In this document: in pieces, positions 28,112-36,805 of the stretch
Position numbering within the stretch: the first letter of the stretch is position 1
Layout of the letters: every line of letters starts with the position of its first letter
Source: Acidobacteriota bacterium
GTDB lineage: Bacteria > Acidobacteriota > UBA890 > WLXD01
DNA length: 64,000 nucleotides
NCBI GenBank assembly: GCA_965205505.1
Contig: CBDBHB010000008.1
Coordinates: 864,001 to 928,000, forward strand
Reading direction: 5' to 3'
Program-made: the position numbers and the translations under genes
Notes under the pieces: generated by a model
What the model was told of the DNA's origin: nothing
Seen by the model: only the letters and a program-made list of their open reading frames with translations
Database searches by the model: none

Positions 28112-28357
28112 ACTAACCCGCAACCAGGAGGTCGGTAGGGCGACGCGACCCAACGGTTATCGATCTGACCGCCCGGTCCGGGCGACTGCGAAGGTCACTA
28201 CGAGCTTCGAGCTCGGCAGCTAGATTGCAGCGCCTCGAATCGGGACGGACCCCAGAATGCACCGGACGACCTGAATCCTCGTCCACCAGAGTGCGAATAG
28301 GAGCATGGCGTGCAGATCGATTCTTCGCTGGGCACCACATTGCCCTTGACCGAACTA
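28112..28357 (+). ncRNA. Candidate bridge/seek RNA region (right non-coding end of IS copy 1)
   Basis: Same sequence as 51167-51412 (apart from a 1-nt indel), including the target-matching segments. Confidence 0.65.
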
Positions 28358-28371
28358 GGCCTTCTCTTAGA

Positions 28372-28646
28372 AGTGGCCTGAGTCAGAGGTTCGTTGCATA
28401 TTGCTGGGCCGAGATAGGGGCAAGCTCAAGGCGCGATGAGAATGGCGATCCTCTCCGATCGTCGACGAATCGCAACGCCGAGATTGCCCCTATATCGTCC
28501 CAGCCTTCCGGGTGACGGCGGGACCGGCCGCCTCCGGCGTCGCGGCGCCTCGACGATACACCCAGCATCGCCCTCGTCGCCGCTCCTACAATTCGCCCCG
28601 GTCGCGCGCGCCACAAACGTCACCGTACTTATGATCAGGAGCACTA
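28372..28646. mobile_element. TA-flanked palindromic element with hybrid ends (C-like left, A right); left TA at 27215-27216 separated by the IS
   Basis: Left agtggcctgagtcagaggttcgttgcatat resembles the type C end; right ~130 nt nearly identical to 9978-10105. Confidence 0.88.
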
Positions 28647-29348
28647 GGGATCGCGTCGTGCGCTGTCGATCACCAGTGGAACCATCGGCATGTATCCCAA
28701 GGTCGTGCCAGGTTCCGGCGCTGTCGGCACCAGAGTGATCCGATCGACGGCCTCGATCCCTTCGACGACCAGCCCGAACACCGTGTACCCCGGGTGATCG
28801 GTCCCGGCGTGGTCGAGACTCGGGTTGTCGAGGTAGTTGATGAAGAACTGTGAAGTCGCGCTATCGATATCGCTTCCCCGACGGGCAAGCGCCACCGTAC
28901 CGCGCAGGTTCGCAAGGCCGTTGTGAGCCTCGCTGACAACCGGATCGTGCGTCGGCCGTGCATTCAGATCCGCGTCATAGCCACCTGCCTGGATGACGGG
29001 GAGGGCAAACGGCGGCTCGACGCGATGGAAGATTGTGCCGTCGTAGAACCCCTCGTCGACGTAGCGCAGGAAGTTGGCGACGCTCACCGGCGCTCGATCC
29101 TCGTACAAGGCCACCACGATGTCACCCACCGTGGTAGTCAACCGAACTCGCGGCGCATGGGCCGGCAGCGGAGCAGGATCGATCACCGGGCCGCGCTCCG
29201 GCAACGGGTCGTGTAGCCATGCATCGCGTCCACCGCACGCCGCGACGGCGAGCAAGACAGAAACGAGCCCCGCGCACAGCACGGCCGGCGACCTTAGCAC
29301 CGCCGCACGCCGACCGGGCAACCTCGGCTCAGTACGTCTCGACCACAT
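28644..29348 (-). CDS. Cyclophilin-type peptidyl-prolyl isomerase, lipoprotein
   Basis: Lipobox VAAC; APVSVANF..Y...GFYDGTIFHRV, SATSQFFIN, YTVFG; start uncertain. Confidence 0.9.
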   Translation of the reverse strand: MWSRRTEPRLPGRRAAVLRSPAVLCAGLVSVLLAVAACGGRDAWLHDPLPERGPVIDPAPLPAHAPRVRLTTTVGDIVVALYEDRAPVSVANFLRYVDEGFYDGTIFHRVEPPFALPVIQAGGYDADLNARPTHDPVVSEAHNGLANLRGTVALARRGSDIDSATSQFFINYLDNPSLDHAGTDHPGYTVFGLVVEGIEAVDRITLVPTAPEPGTTLGYMPMVPLVIDSARRDP

Positions 29349-30561
29349 CGTAGAGAGGAGTTTTCCGACGCGCCGGTGTGAACCCAGACTCACGGATGAG
29401 CTCGATGGTCTCTTCGGTGGTAGTTCTCACATCGTGCGCCGCTTCGTGCAACACGTTCTCCTCGATCAACGTACCACCGAAGTCGTCTGTCCCGAACTGG
29501 AGCGCCACCTGACCGGCCTTCTTGCCCTCTGAGAACCATGAGGCCTGTATGTGGCGAACGTTGTCGAGGTAGAGGCGCGCCAGAGCCAGGACCCGAAGGT
29601 ACACGGACGGCCCGACGCTATCGGGAAACTGGCGCTCCATCGGCGTGTTGACAGCCTTGTGCGACCACGGAATGAACGCCGTGAACCCCTGCCCGTCAGC
29701 TTCGTCCTGTACGCGGCGCAAACACTCCATGTGTTCGATAACGTCGGCCGGCTGCTCCGCATGCCCATACATCAGCGTGGCAGTCGTTCGCAACCCCTGC
29801 CGATGTGCAGCTCGATGGATTTCGAGCCACTCGAGGCTGCTCTGCTTCTTGGGAGAAATGCGAGCGCGCACCCGGTCAGAGAGCAGCTCGGCGCCGCCAC
29901 CTGGCATCGTCGTAAGGCCAGCGTCGCCCAGCGCACGAAAGATGTCGTCGTAGTCGAGTCCCGACACCTCGCGCATCTTGCCGATCTCCGGCGCCGAGAA
30001 CAGGTGCGGATGGACGTCGGGGAAGCGCTCCCGGAATGTTCTCGTCACGTCGACGTAATACGAAAACGGCAGCTCGTCGTACAACCCACCCTGAAGGAGC
30101 ACGGTCGTCGCGCCAAGCTCGACCGACCTTCCGATCGTATCCATGAGCTCATCGATCGTCTGCGCGTACCCCTCCTTGGCATCGCCGGGCTTACGGTAAA
30201 AGGCGCAGAACAGGCAATCGGCGTCGCAGAAGTTGGTGTAGTTCGGGTTGCTGTCGATCACGAACGTTACGCGGCGCTCTGGGTTGTGGCGATAACGCCA
30301 GACATTGGCCAACTCGCCAAGCTCCGCCAACGGTGCCTGGGTAAGCAACCACAGGCCTTCCTGCGGAGTGATGCGCGCGCCATCGTCGACTTTCTCGCGA
30401 ATCTCCTCGGATCGGACCGAGCGCGTGCCCTGGGTCAGCAGATCACCCAGCACGCAGCCTGGGGCGGCACCGGCGGCCGTGTTGCTGCCCAACTTAGCTG
30501 CCTTCCGACGTGAAGCGCGCATCACGTCCGAGGCCTTGGTAACCAGGCCGGGTGCGGTCAC
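29329..30561 (-). CDS. mqnC: Cyclic dehypoxanthinyl futalosine synthase (radical SAM)
   Basis: NYTNFCDADCLFCAFY, LLQGG, PGGGAE, HIQASW, DFGGTLIEENV; start uncertain (GTGA overlap at 30561). Confidence 0.9.
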   Translation of the reverse strand: MTAPGLVTKASDVMRASRRKAAKLGSNTAAGAAPGCVLGDLLTQGTRSVRSEEIREKVDDGARITPQEGLWLLTQAPLAELGELANVWRYRHNPERRVTFVIDSNPNYTNFCDADCLFCAFYRKPGDAKEGYAQTIDELMDTIGRSVELGATTVLLQGGLYDELPFSYYVDVTRTFRERFPDVHPHLFSAPEIGKMREVSGLDYDDIFRALGDAGLTTMPGGGAELLSDRVRARISPKKQSSLEWLEIHRAAHRQGLRTTATLMYGHAEQPADVIEHMECLRRVQDEADGQGFTAFIPWSHKAVNTPMERQFPDSVGPSVYLRVLALARLYLDNVRHIQASWFSEGKKAGQVALQFGTDDFGGTLIEENVLHEAAHDVRTTTEETIELIRESGFTPARRKTPLYDVVETY

Positions 30562-31416
30562 GTCGTGGTCTCCGAACGGTGCACCGGACGGCGCTCCTCC
30601 CACCAGGGTGATTCCGATAGCAGGACGCGAAAGCGTTCGATCGCTTCGGTCTCCGGCGCGCCGAGCCGATAAGTGAACCCCATCAGGTAGGCATAGGCCG
30701 CGACGGCATCGAGCCCAGCCTGACCGCCGTGTGCGACGGCAAGTGGATGTAGGTCGCGCAGGCTCTGATCGAGCGAGGTGGCCAGGCGATCGAGCAACTC
30801 GGCGCTCGCGGCCGACGTTGCCTCGCGGCGAACCACCCACCTCGCGAACACGAACGGCAGTCCCTGCCACCGTTTCCACGCGGCACTCAGATCAAGCGCC
30901 TGACTCCAGCGCCCACCGGTCAGGCTCATGGACACCGCACCGTAGTCGCGCGCGCCGGGTACGAGTCCTCCGGAGGCCGCCTCCTTGAGTGCTGCATCGC
31001 CAATCAACAGGACCGCTTCGTCGTCGTCGATAGCCTGTTCGCGGCGTACGTAGCGTGCAGCACCCACGTCGTAGCGTCGCTCCAGCAGCAAGTCGCAGCA
31101 GCGGATACGAGGTGCTGGTCTGTCCCGTTACCGCTACGCTCGCGCCGCAGAGTTGATCCGGTGATACGCGCGAGAACAGCAACACAGAATGGGCCGGCCC
31201 ATCGCACGCCACACAGAGGCTGCCCAGCGTCGTGAACTCCGGACTCCTGAAGGAATCGCACAGCGACATGATGCCGGCGTCAATCTCACCGCGGCGCGCT
31301 GCCTTTCCGAGCATACGTGGCGGCAAATCGATGAGATCAAAGGTGCCGTCATCAACGTGCTGATAGAAGGGGACAGAGTTCAGGTACGGGATCCGCGCAA
31401 CCCTCAGTGGGCTCAT
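30558..31416 (-). CDS. mqnA: Chorismate dehydratase, split by a 1-nt frameshift near 31090 (probable sequencing error)
   Basis: IPYLNSVPF, SVLLFS, TSTS in one frame; LLIGDAAL, DL...W...GLPFVFARW in the next; join at CGA CTT GCT GCT vs CGA CTG CTG. Confidence 0.85.
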
Positions 31417-32750
31417 GGGGAGCTCGCAACTCTCACTTCGGACTCGCCGGCGAGCGAGACGTCGGCAGGCACCTCCGGCGCGCCTTGGACGGTCGCCGGA
31501 GTCTGGGCCAGGCGTCGTACGTCGCGGGCGCTCTCTCCGAGCAGGTCCCAGGTATGCAGTCCATGGTGCTCGACGTCCACGGCCACCGGCTCGGCAACCT
31601 TGCCGCGCAACGCAATCGGTTCACCGTTGGCTATCTCCATCCGCTGCGACCAGTGGGCGGTGCGGTCCGGTGGCGGGTATACCGCGACGATCCGATACAT
31701 CGCATCGCGTTGCACCGGTAGGCGGCCGGCCTCGCGGATCATCTTCGTAAGCTTCTGCGTGGTCATGCCCGCCGGACTGCTCGCCAACGCCGCGTGAGCA
31801 ATGAGCTCCTCGCCAATTGTGCCGTCGAGGTCGTCAGCACCCCATTGCAGCGCCATCGACGCGGTTTCCGCTCCGAGCATCACCCAGTAGGCCTTGATGT
31901 GCGGGAAGTTATCGAGCAGTAGCCGAGCGGCAGCGATCGTTCTGAGGTCCTCGAGGGCAGACGCCGGACGGTCGACGATGTTGGAGTACCCGAGCTGGAA
32001 GGCCAGGGGTATGAAGCTGAAGAATCCACCGGTACGGTCCTGCAGTGCGCGCAGCAGGAGCATGTGGTTGATGCGCTCTTCATACGTCTCAATATGGCCG
32101 TATAGCAGCGTGGCGTTGGTGCGAATCCCCCGACCGTGCGCGATCTCGTGGATCTCGAGCCAGCGCTCGTGTCCAATCTTGCCGCGGTACATCTCCCGGC
32201 GAACGCGCTCCGAGAACACCTCGGCGCCTCCCCCGGGCATGGCTACCAGGCCGGCTTCTTGAAGACGGTCGAACACCTCCTCTACGGAGATCTTCTCGCG
32301 CCGCGCGAAGAAGTCGATCTCGACAGCAGTGTAGGCCTTGATCTGGGCCTCGGGGTTCGCTTCGCGAATGGTCTCTAACACCTCGAGGTAACGCTCGAAC
32401 GGCCAATTCGGATGAAGCCCACCGACGATATGCACCTCGCGAATGGGCTCCTGGACCCGCTCGCGGATCTGCGCCAACGTCATCTCGTAGGCGTGATCGT
32501 CGTTCTTCTTGGCGGCGAAGTCGCAGAACTTACAGCTCAGCACGCAAACGTTCGTTGGGTTTATCTGTCGGTTGAGCACGAAGCCCACGAACGCACCGGT
32601 ACGACGCTCTTTTTCCGCGTTGGCAAGTCGCCCGAGACCCACGACATCGTTGGTCGACAGCATCGCCATTCCGTCATCGGAGTCGAGACGCTCACGCGCG
32701 GCGACTTTCTCAATGACGCGTTGAAGGCGGGGGTCGCTGGATCGTCTCAT
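31413..32750 (-). CDS. mqnE: Aminofutalosine synthase (radical SAM)
   Basis: INPTNVCVLSCKFC, EVHIVGG, AYTAVEI, HIKAYWVM, GADDLDGT. Confidence 0.92.
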   Translation of the reverse strand: MRRSSDPRLQRVIEKVAARERLDSDDGMAMLSTNDVVGLGRLANAEKERRTGAFVGFVLNRQINPTNVCVLSCKFCDFAAKKNDDHAYEMTLAQIRERVQEPIREVHIVGGLHPNWPFERYLEVLETIREANPEAQIKAYTAVEIDFFARREKISVEEVFDRLQEAGLVAMPGGGAEVFSERVRREMYRGKIGHERWLEIHEIAHGRGIRTNATLLYGHIETYEERINHMLLLRALQDRTGGFFSFIPLAFQLGYSNIVDRPASALEDLRTIAAARLLLDNFPHIKAYWVMLGAETASMALQWGADDLDGTIGEELIAHAALASSPAGMTTQKLTKMIREAGRLPVQRDAMYRIVAVYPPPDRTAHWSQRMEIANGEPIALRGKVAEPVAVDVEHHGLHTWDLLGESARDVRRLAQTPATVQGAPEVPADVSLAGESEVRVASSP

Positions 32751-32775
32751 CGTTCCGGTCGGCTCCGAGGGAAGC

Positions 32776-34659
32776 CTAGTCTAGCCCGTATTCTGCCCAC
32801 CTGCGGCTCACCTTGTCGAGTAGCTCGTCCGGCATCACGAGCCGATCCGGGTAGCCTGGCTTGAAGGTGGCGTCGATACCCATCGTCCCGTAGCAGGTAG
32901 TCCATGGACCGCGACATTCGGTGCGCTCGAAGACAACGTCGCGCGCGCAATCGAAGCGGGTGAACAGGCCCCAGAGCCGCTGGTCGGGATCGTCCAGGTC
33001 GACGTCGTCGCTGAGCGCGGCAACAACCCGAACCGGGCCCAGATCGACATCGACGAGCCGCTCGACGACAGCGCGACCCTCGGCGCTCACCTGTACCAGC
33101 ATGAGCGAATCCTCGAGCACCCGGTACGCCGTTACACGCCTGTCAATGGCACGCGGATCGGCGATACGATTGCCACGACCCGACCGCTCGTCGGCCGAGC
33201 CGGCCGAATATCGAGTCGGATCGCGTAACACAGCGCTCATTTCTGGCGCATCGGCGGCGCCGCCCAGCGCCGCTCGGACAGCCTCATGATCGGCTCCGGG
33301 CGCACCGTGCAGCGCTTCCGTGGGGCCGCTGGTGGCATCGACAATCATCTTGCTACCGAGGTTCATTCGGTAGCTGGTGAAGTCGAGCGTGTCGAGCGGC
33401 ACGCCGGGCAGGAGCAGGAAGTCTCTCTCGGGCTCGAAGTTGTCACGCATGGCGCGCAGGACGGCGCCGAAATCGCGTACCGGTACCCCCTCATCGACAA
33501 GCACAAGGCACTTCGTCAGCGCCAGTTGCCCAGTACCCATCAGTGCCAGGGCGGTCTTCACCGCCTCCTTGTAGAAGCGCTGACGCACAGAGACCACCAG
33601 CAGGTTGTGGAACCCGGCTTCGAAGTAGGCCCACAGATCGACGATCTCATGGTGAATGAGCTTGATGAGCGGCCCGAGGATGTCCTGGGTGGCGTTACCG
33701 ATGAACTTATCCTCCTGGGGCGGCAACCCGACGACCGCCGACAGGTAAATGGGCCGGCGACGGCGGGTGACGCGCCGCACCTTGAACACCGGAAACGGCG
33801 CCGCGTGCGAGTAGTGGCCGAAGTGATCGCCGAACGGCCCTTCGAGCCGCCGCTCGTCGGGCACCACCTCGCCCTCGAGAACGATCTCGGCGTTGGCCGG
33901 CACCTCCAGGTCGATGCTCGAGCACCGTATCATCGGGCACGGCGCCCCTCGCAGGATGCCGGAGAAGGCGATCTCATCCATGCCCTCCGGCAAGGCGGCG
34001 ACCGCCGACAGCAATAGCGCCGGGTCGACCCCGATTACCACTGCTACCGGAAGCGACCGGCCCAACTCTTCGGCACGCGCGTAGTGGAACCCGCCGCCCT
34101 TGTTGATTTGCCAGTGCATGCCAGTGACGTCGTTATCGTAAACCTGCAGACGATAGACGCCCATGTTGCGCTCGCCGGTCAGCGGGTCGCGGGTAATCAC
34201 CAGGCCGAATGTGATGAAGGGGCCGCCGTCCTCAGGCCAGCAAGTCTGCACCGGAAACTGGTGCAGGTCGGGCGCCTCGACCACCTCCTGGCAAGGCCCT
34301 CGGCGGACGCGCCGCGTCCGCATTGGCAGCAGCTGCATCAAGTTGGAGCGCAGCCGCCAGACCGCCTTCGGCGACGGTGGGTTGAGCCCCTCGGCAGTAG
34401 CCAACAGCATCGCGCCGATCTCGTCGGCCGGCCGCCCGAGAGCGAGCTGGATGCGTCGCTCACTCCCCAGCGAGTTGATCAGCAACGGGTGCTTGGCGTC
34501 GTTGACGTTCTCGAACAGCAACGCGGGGCCGCCGTCCTTGACCACCCGGTCAGCAATGGCGGCGATCTCGAGATGCGGGTCAACGCTCGCCTGGACGCGC
34601 CGCAGCTCACCGGCGCGCTCGAGTGCGTCGACGAAACCGCGTAGATCCGTGAAGCTCAC
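32776..34659 (-). CDS. ubiD: UbiD-family prFMN decarboxylase (menaquinone, MqnL-like)
   Basis: GGPALLF, WPEDGGPFIT, EGPFGDHFG, MGIDAT.K. Confidence 0.92.
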   Translation of the reverse strand: MSFTDLRGFVDALERAGELRRVQASVDPHLEIAAIADRVVKDGGPALLFENVNDAKHPLLINSLGSERRIQLALGRPADEIGAMLLATAEGLNPPSPKAVWRLRSNLMQLLPMRTRRVRRGPCQEVVEAPDLHQFPVQTCWPEDGGPFITFGLVITRDPLTGERNMGVYRLQVYDNDVTGMHWQINKGGGFHYARAEELGRSLPVAVVIGVDPALLLSAVAALPEGMDEIAFSGILRGAPCPMIRCSSIDLEVPANAEIVLEGEVVPDERRLEGPFGDHFGHYSHAAPFPVFKVRRVTRRRRPIYLSAVVGLPPQEDKFIGNATQDILGPLIKLIHHEIVDLWAYFEAGFHNLLVVSVRQRFYKEAVKTALALMGTGQLALTKCLVLVDEGVPVRDFGAVLRAMRDNFEPERDFLLLPGVPLDTLDFTSYRMNLGSKMIVDATSGPTEALHGAPGADHEAVRAALGGAADAPEMSAVLRDPTRYSAGSADERSGRGNRIADPRAIDRRVTAYRVLEDSLMLVQVSAEGRAVVERLVDVDLGPVRVVAALSDDVDLDDPDQRLWGLFTRFDCARDVVFERTECRGPWTTCYGTMGIDATFKPGYPDRLVMPDELLDKVSRRWAEYGLD

Positions 34660-35237
34660 TCCGCCGGCTCCGGCTCGAGTTGCTCTGACCGCCAGGCGCG
34701 AGGCGTCTCGGCCCCTAGGGTGGCCGCGACCTTGTCGACGAAGTGCTCGATGAGTTGCTCGAGATCGGCAGGTTGATGGTAGAAGGGCGGCGACGCTGGC
34801 ACGATGATCACACCGTCACGTGACAGTCGTACGGCGTTCTCCAGTGCGTTCGTCGGCCACGGGGTCTCCCTCACCACCAGCACCAGCCTGCGACGTTCCT
34901 TTAACGCCACCATCGCGGCGCGGGTGATCAGCGAGTCGGCCAAGCCGTTGGCGATCTTCGCCAGGGTGCTCAGGGAGCACGGAATCACCACCATGGCATC
35001 GAATGAGTTGGAGCCCGACGCAAAGGCGTTGGCAAGATCCTTGTCCGAAAAGATCCGCCGTACCAGCGGACGCAGGTCCTTCTCCGTCAGACCGGTTTCC
35101 TCTTTCAACACCATGCGGCCCCAGTTACTGAGCACCAGGTACGCCTCGCCGAGGTCACGTCTCAGCAAGGCCACCGCGTAAGGCGCTCCGGACGCACCGG
35201 TCATGCCTACGAGAATGCGCCGCGGTCGAGCGCTCAC
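34656..35237 (-). CDS. ubiX: Flavin prenyltransferase
   Basis: GMTGASG, ASGS, PCS..TL, LKERR.L.LVVRETP, P.FYHQP. Confidence 0.93.
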   Translation of the reverse strand: MSARPRRILVGMTGASGAPYAVALLRRDLGEAYLVLSNWGRMVLKEETGLTEKDLRPLVRRIFSDKDLANAFASGSNSFDAMVVIPCSLSTLAKIANGLADSLITRAAMVALKERRRLVLVVRETPWPTNALENAVRLSRDGVIIVPASPPFYHQPADLEQLIEHFVDKVAATLGAETPRAWRSEQLEPEPAE

Positions 35238-35343
35238 GGGCCTGACTCTCCGCCGTTTGGAAGGTGCCGTATCAAGCGTTTGACGTCCTGTCCAACAAGT
35301 GACGGCGGCCGCTGTAACCAGATCCGCCAGAGTTCTTCAGCAC

Positions 35344-35893
35344 TAGTGGCCTGTAACAGATGATCGTTGCATATCGTGGTGGCGAAATGGGCTCGGATGC
35401 CAGGCGCAACGACGAGACGATGTTGGCCCATCTTGGAGGAGAAGCAACGCCGCAGACGGGCCCATTTCGCCGCCATCCTGCGGACAGATGGGCAGTTGTG
35501 GGCGATATCGGCGTTGCGCCTCGTCAACGATGCCCCAGCAGGTCGTGATGGAAGTGTGATGGGTCTGGTTACGCCACCAAGGGCGCGGATCCAAGGCGCC
35601 GCGTCGCAGGCGATGCCCGTGCGCATCGTCTAGGAGCGGCAACGCCGGAGACGCGCCCTTGGCGGCGTAACCTGTAGGGCAAGTGGGAGTCACGGGCGAT
35701 GGCGGCGTCTCTCCTCCTCGACGATGGCTCCAGCATCGCCTCATCGTCGATCCTTGTCCTAGCCCGTGAGTCCCATTTGCCAGACCCACCACACTTCCAT
35801 CACGGCCTGCTAGCATCGCCCTCCTCCCCGCGCCTTGATCTCACCCGCAAATCCCATCTGCGATATGCAACGATCATCTGTTACAGGCCACTA
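35344..35893. mobile_element. TA-flanked palindromic element, type C/C ends, carrying a nested type D element
   Basis: Perfect 33-nt TIRs tagtggcctgtaacagatgatcgttgcatatcg / cgatatgcaacgatcatctgttacaggccacta. Confidence 0.92.
35536..35812. mobile_element. Nested palindromic element, type D/D ends, two arms
   Basis: cagcaggtcgtgatggaagtgtg ... cacacttccatcacggcctgcta; ends match those of 17891-18074. Confidence 0.85.
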
Positions 35894-35899
35894 GATCCC

Positions 35900-36784
35900 C
35901 TAAAGCCCGGCGACTACGAACGCCAGGACGACAAACCCGACAACAATGTTGATCTGGAAGAACGCCAGACTCACGCGGTCGGCTAACCACTGCTCCGCCG
36001 CCAACAAGATCGCTACGGCGACCAGCAACGTCGCCGACACGATGCCGCCGAGGTAGCCGAAGTACAGCACCAGCAACGCTCCGACCGCAACCGTGTGCGT
36101 CGCGGCCGAAATCCGCAGCGCCGCCGCACTGCCAAGGCGACAAGGAAGGCTATGGAGGCCGGCGCCACGATCGAAGCCCTCATCGAGCGTGGCGTAAATG
36201 ATGTCGAACCCCGCAACCCACAGCAGGGTGAACAACGCCAGGAACAGGGCGGGCGCAGCCGCCTGTACGGTGCCCGTGACCGCTACGTGGCCACCCAAAG
36301 GAGCGAGCGCCAAGGCCAGGCCGATGCCGAAATGTGCCAGGGGTGTGACGCGTTTCAAATACGGGTAGCCCACGAACACGACTACCGGAACCGGCGAAAG
36401 CCACAAGCACAAGGGCGGTAACCGGCTGCACGCAACCAGATAGATCGCCAGGCCGACGCCGGCGATCACCCAACCCTCTGCCACGCTCATGTTACCGCTC
36501 GGCAGCTCGCGGTCCCGTGTACGGGGGTTGGCGTCGTCGAGGCGACGGTCGATCAGCCGATTGAGCGACATCGCCAAAGTGCGCGCGCCAATGCCTGCGA
36601 CCACCGCCCAACTGAGCGGTCGCCAGGCTGGCTGCCCGCCGCTCGCCAGCAAGGCACCTGCGATCAGCATCGGCAACGAGAACAGCGTGTGCTCGACCTT
36701 GATGAACGCCGCCCACGTGCGGGAGCGAGAACGTGGCACGGTGTTCGCGCCTCCAACCCGCGCACTCCGGATCATCGAAATCAT
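35900..36784 (-). CDS. ubiA: UbiA-family polyprenyltransferase (MqnP-like)
   Basis: IKVEHTLFSLP, NRLIDRRLD..NPRT..R.LP.G, YPYLKR, GFDIIYATLD. Confidence 0.92.
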   Translation of the reverse strand: MISMIRSARVGGANTVPRSRSRTWAAFIKVEHTLFSLPMLIAGALLASGGQPAWRPLSWAVVAGIGARTLAMSLNRLIDRRLDDANPRTRDRELPSGNMSVAEGWVIAGVGLAIYLVACSRLPPLCLWLSPVPVVVFVGYPYLKRVTPLAHFGIGLALALAPLGGHVAVTGTVQAAAPALFLALFTLLWVAGFDIIYATLDEGFDRGAGLHSLPCRLGSAAALRISAATHTVAVGALLVLYFGYLGGIVSATLLVAVAILLAAEQWLADRVSLAFFQINIVVGFVVLAFVVAGL

Positions 36785-36805
36785 GTGCCTCCGCTACGGA
36801 CGAGC

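Larger units (their letters stand above)
27216..28371 (+). mobile_element. IS110-family (IS1111-type) element, copy 1; degenerate/chimeric
   Basis: Near-identical to 50023-51426; sub-terminal IRs 27223-27233 and 28358-28368; central transposase part replaced by repeat-derived DNA. Confidence 0.9.

Noticed and set aside
31085-31095. Programmed frameshifting in mqnA, PP2C or the IS110 transposase
   Set aside because: No slippery heptamers; the two IS copies have different indels, which points to sequencing error or decay
35234-35816. ORFs of 130-157 aa between ubiA and ubiX
   Set aside because: They lie within nested palindromic repeats and show no protein motifs
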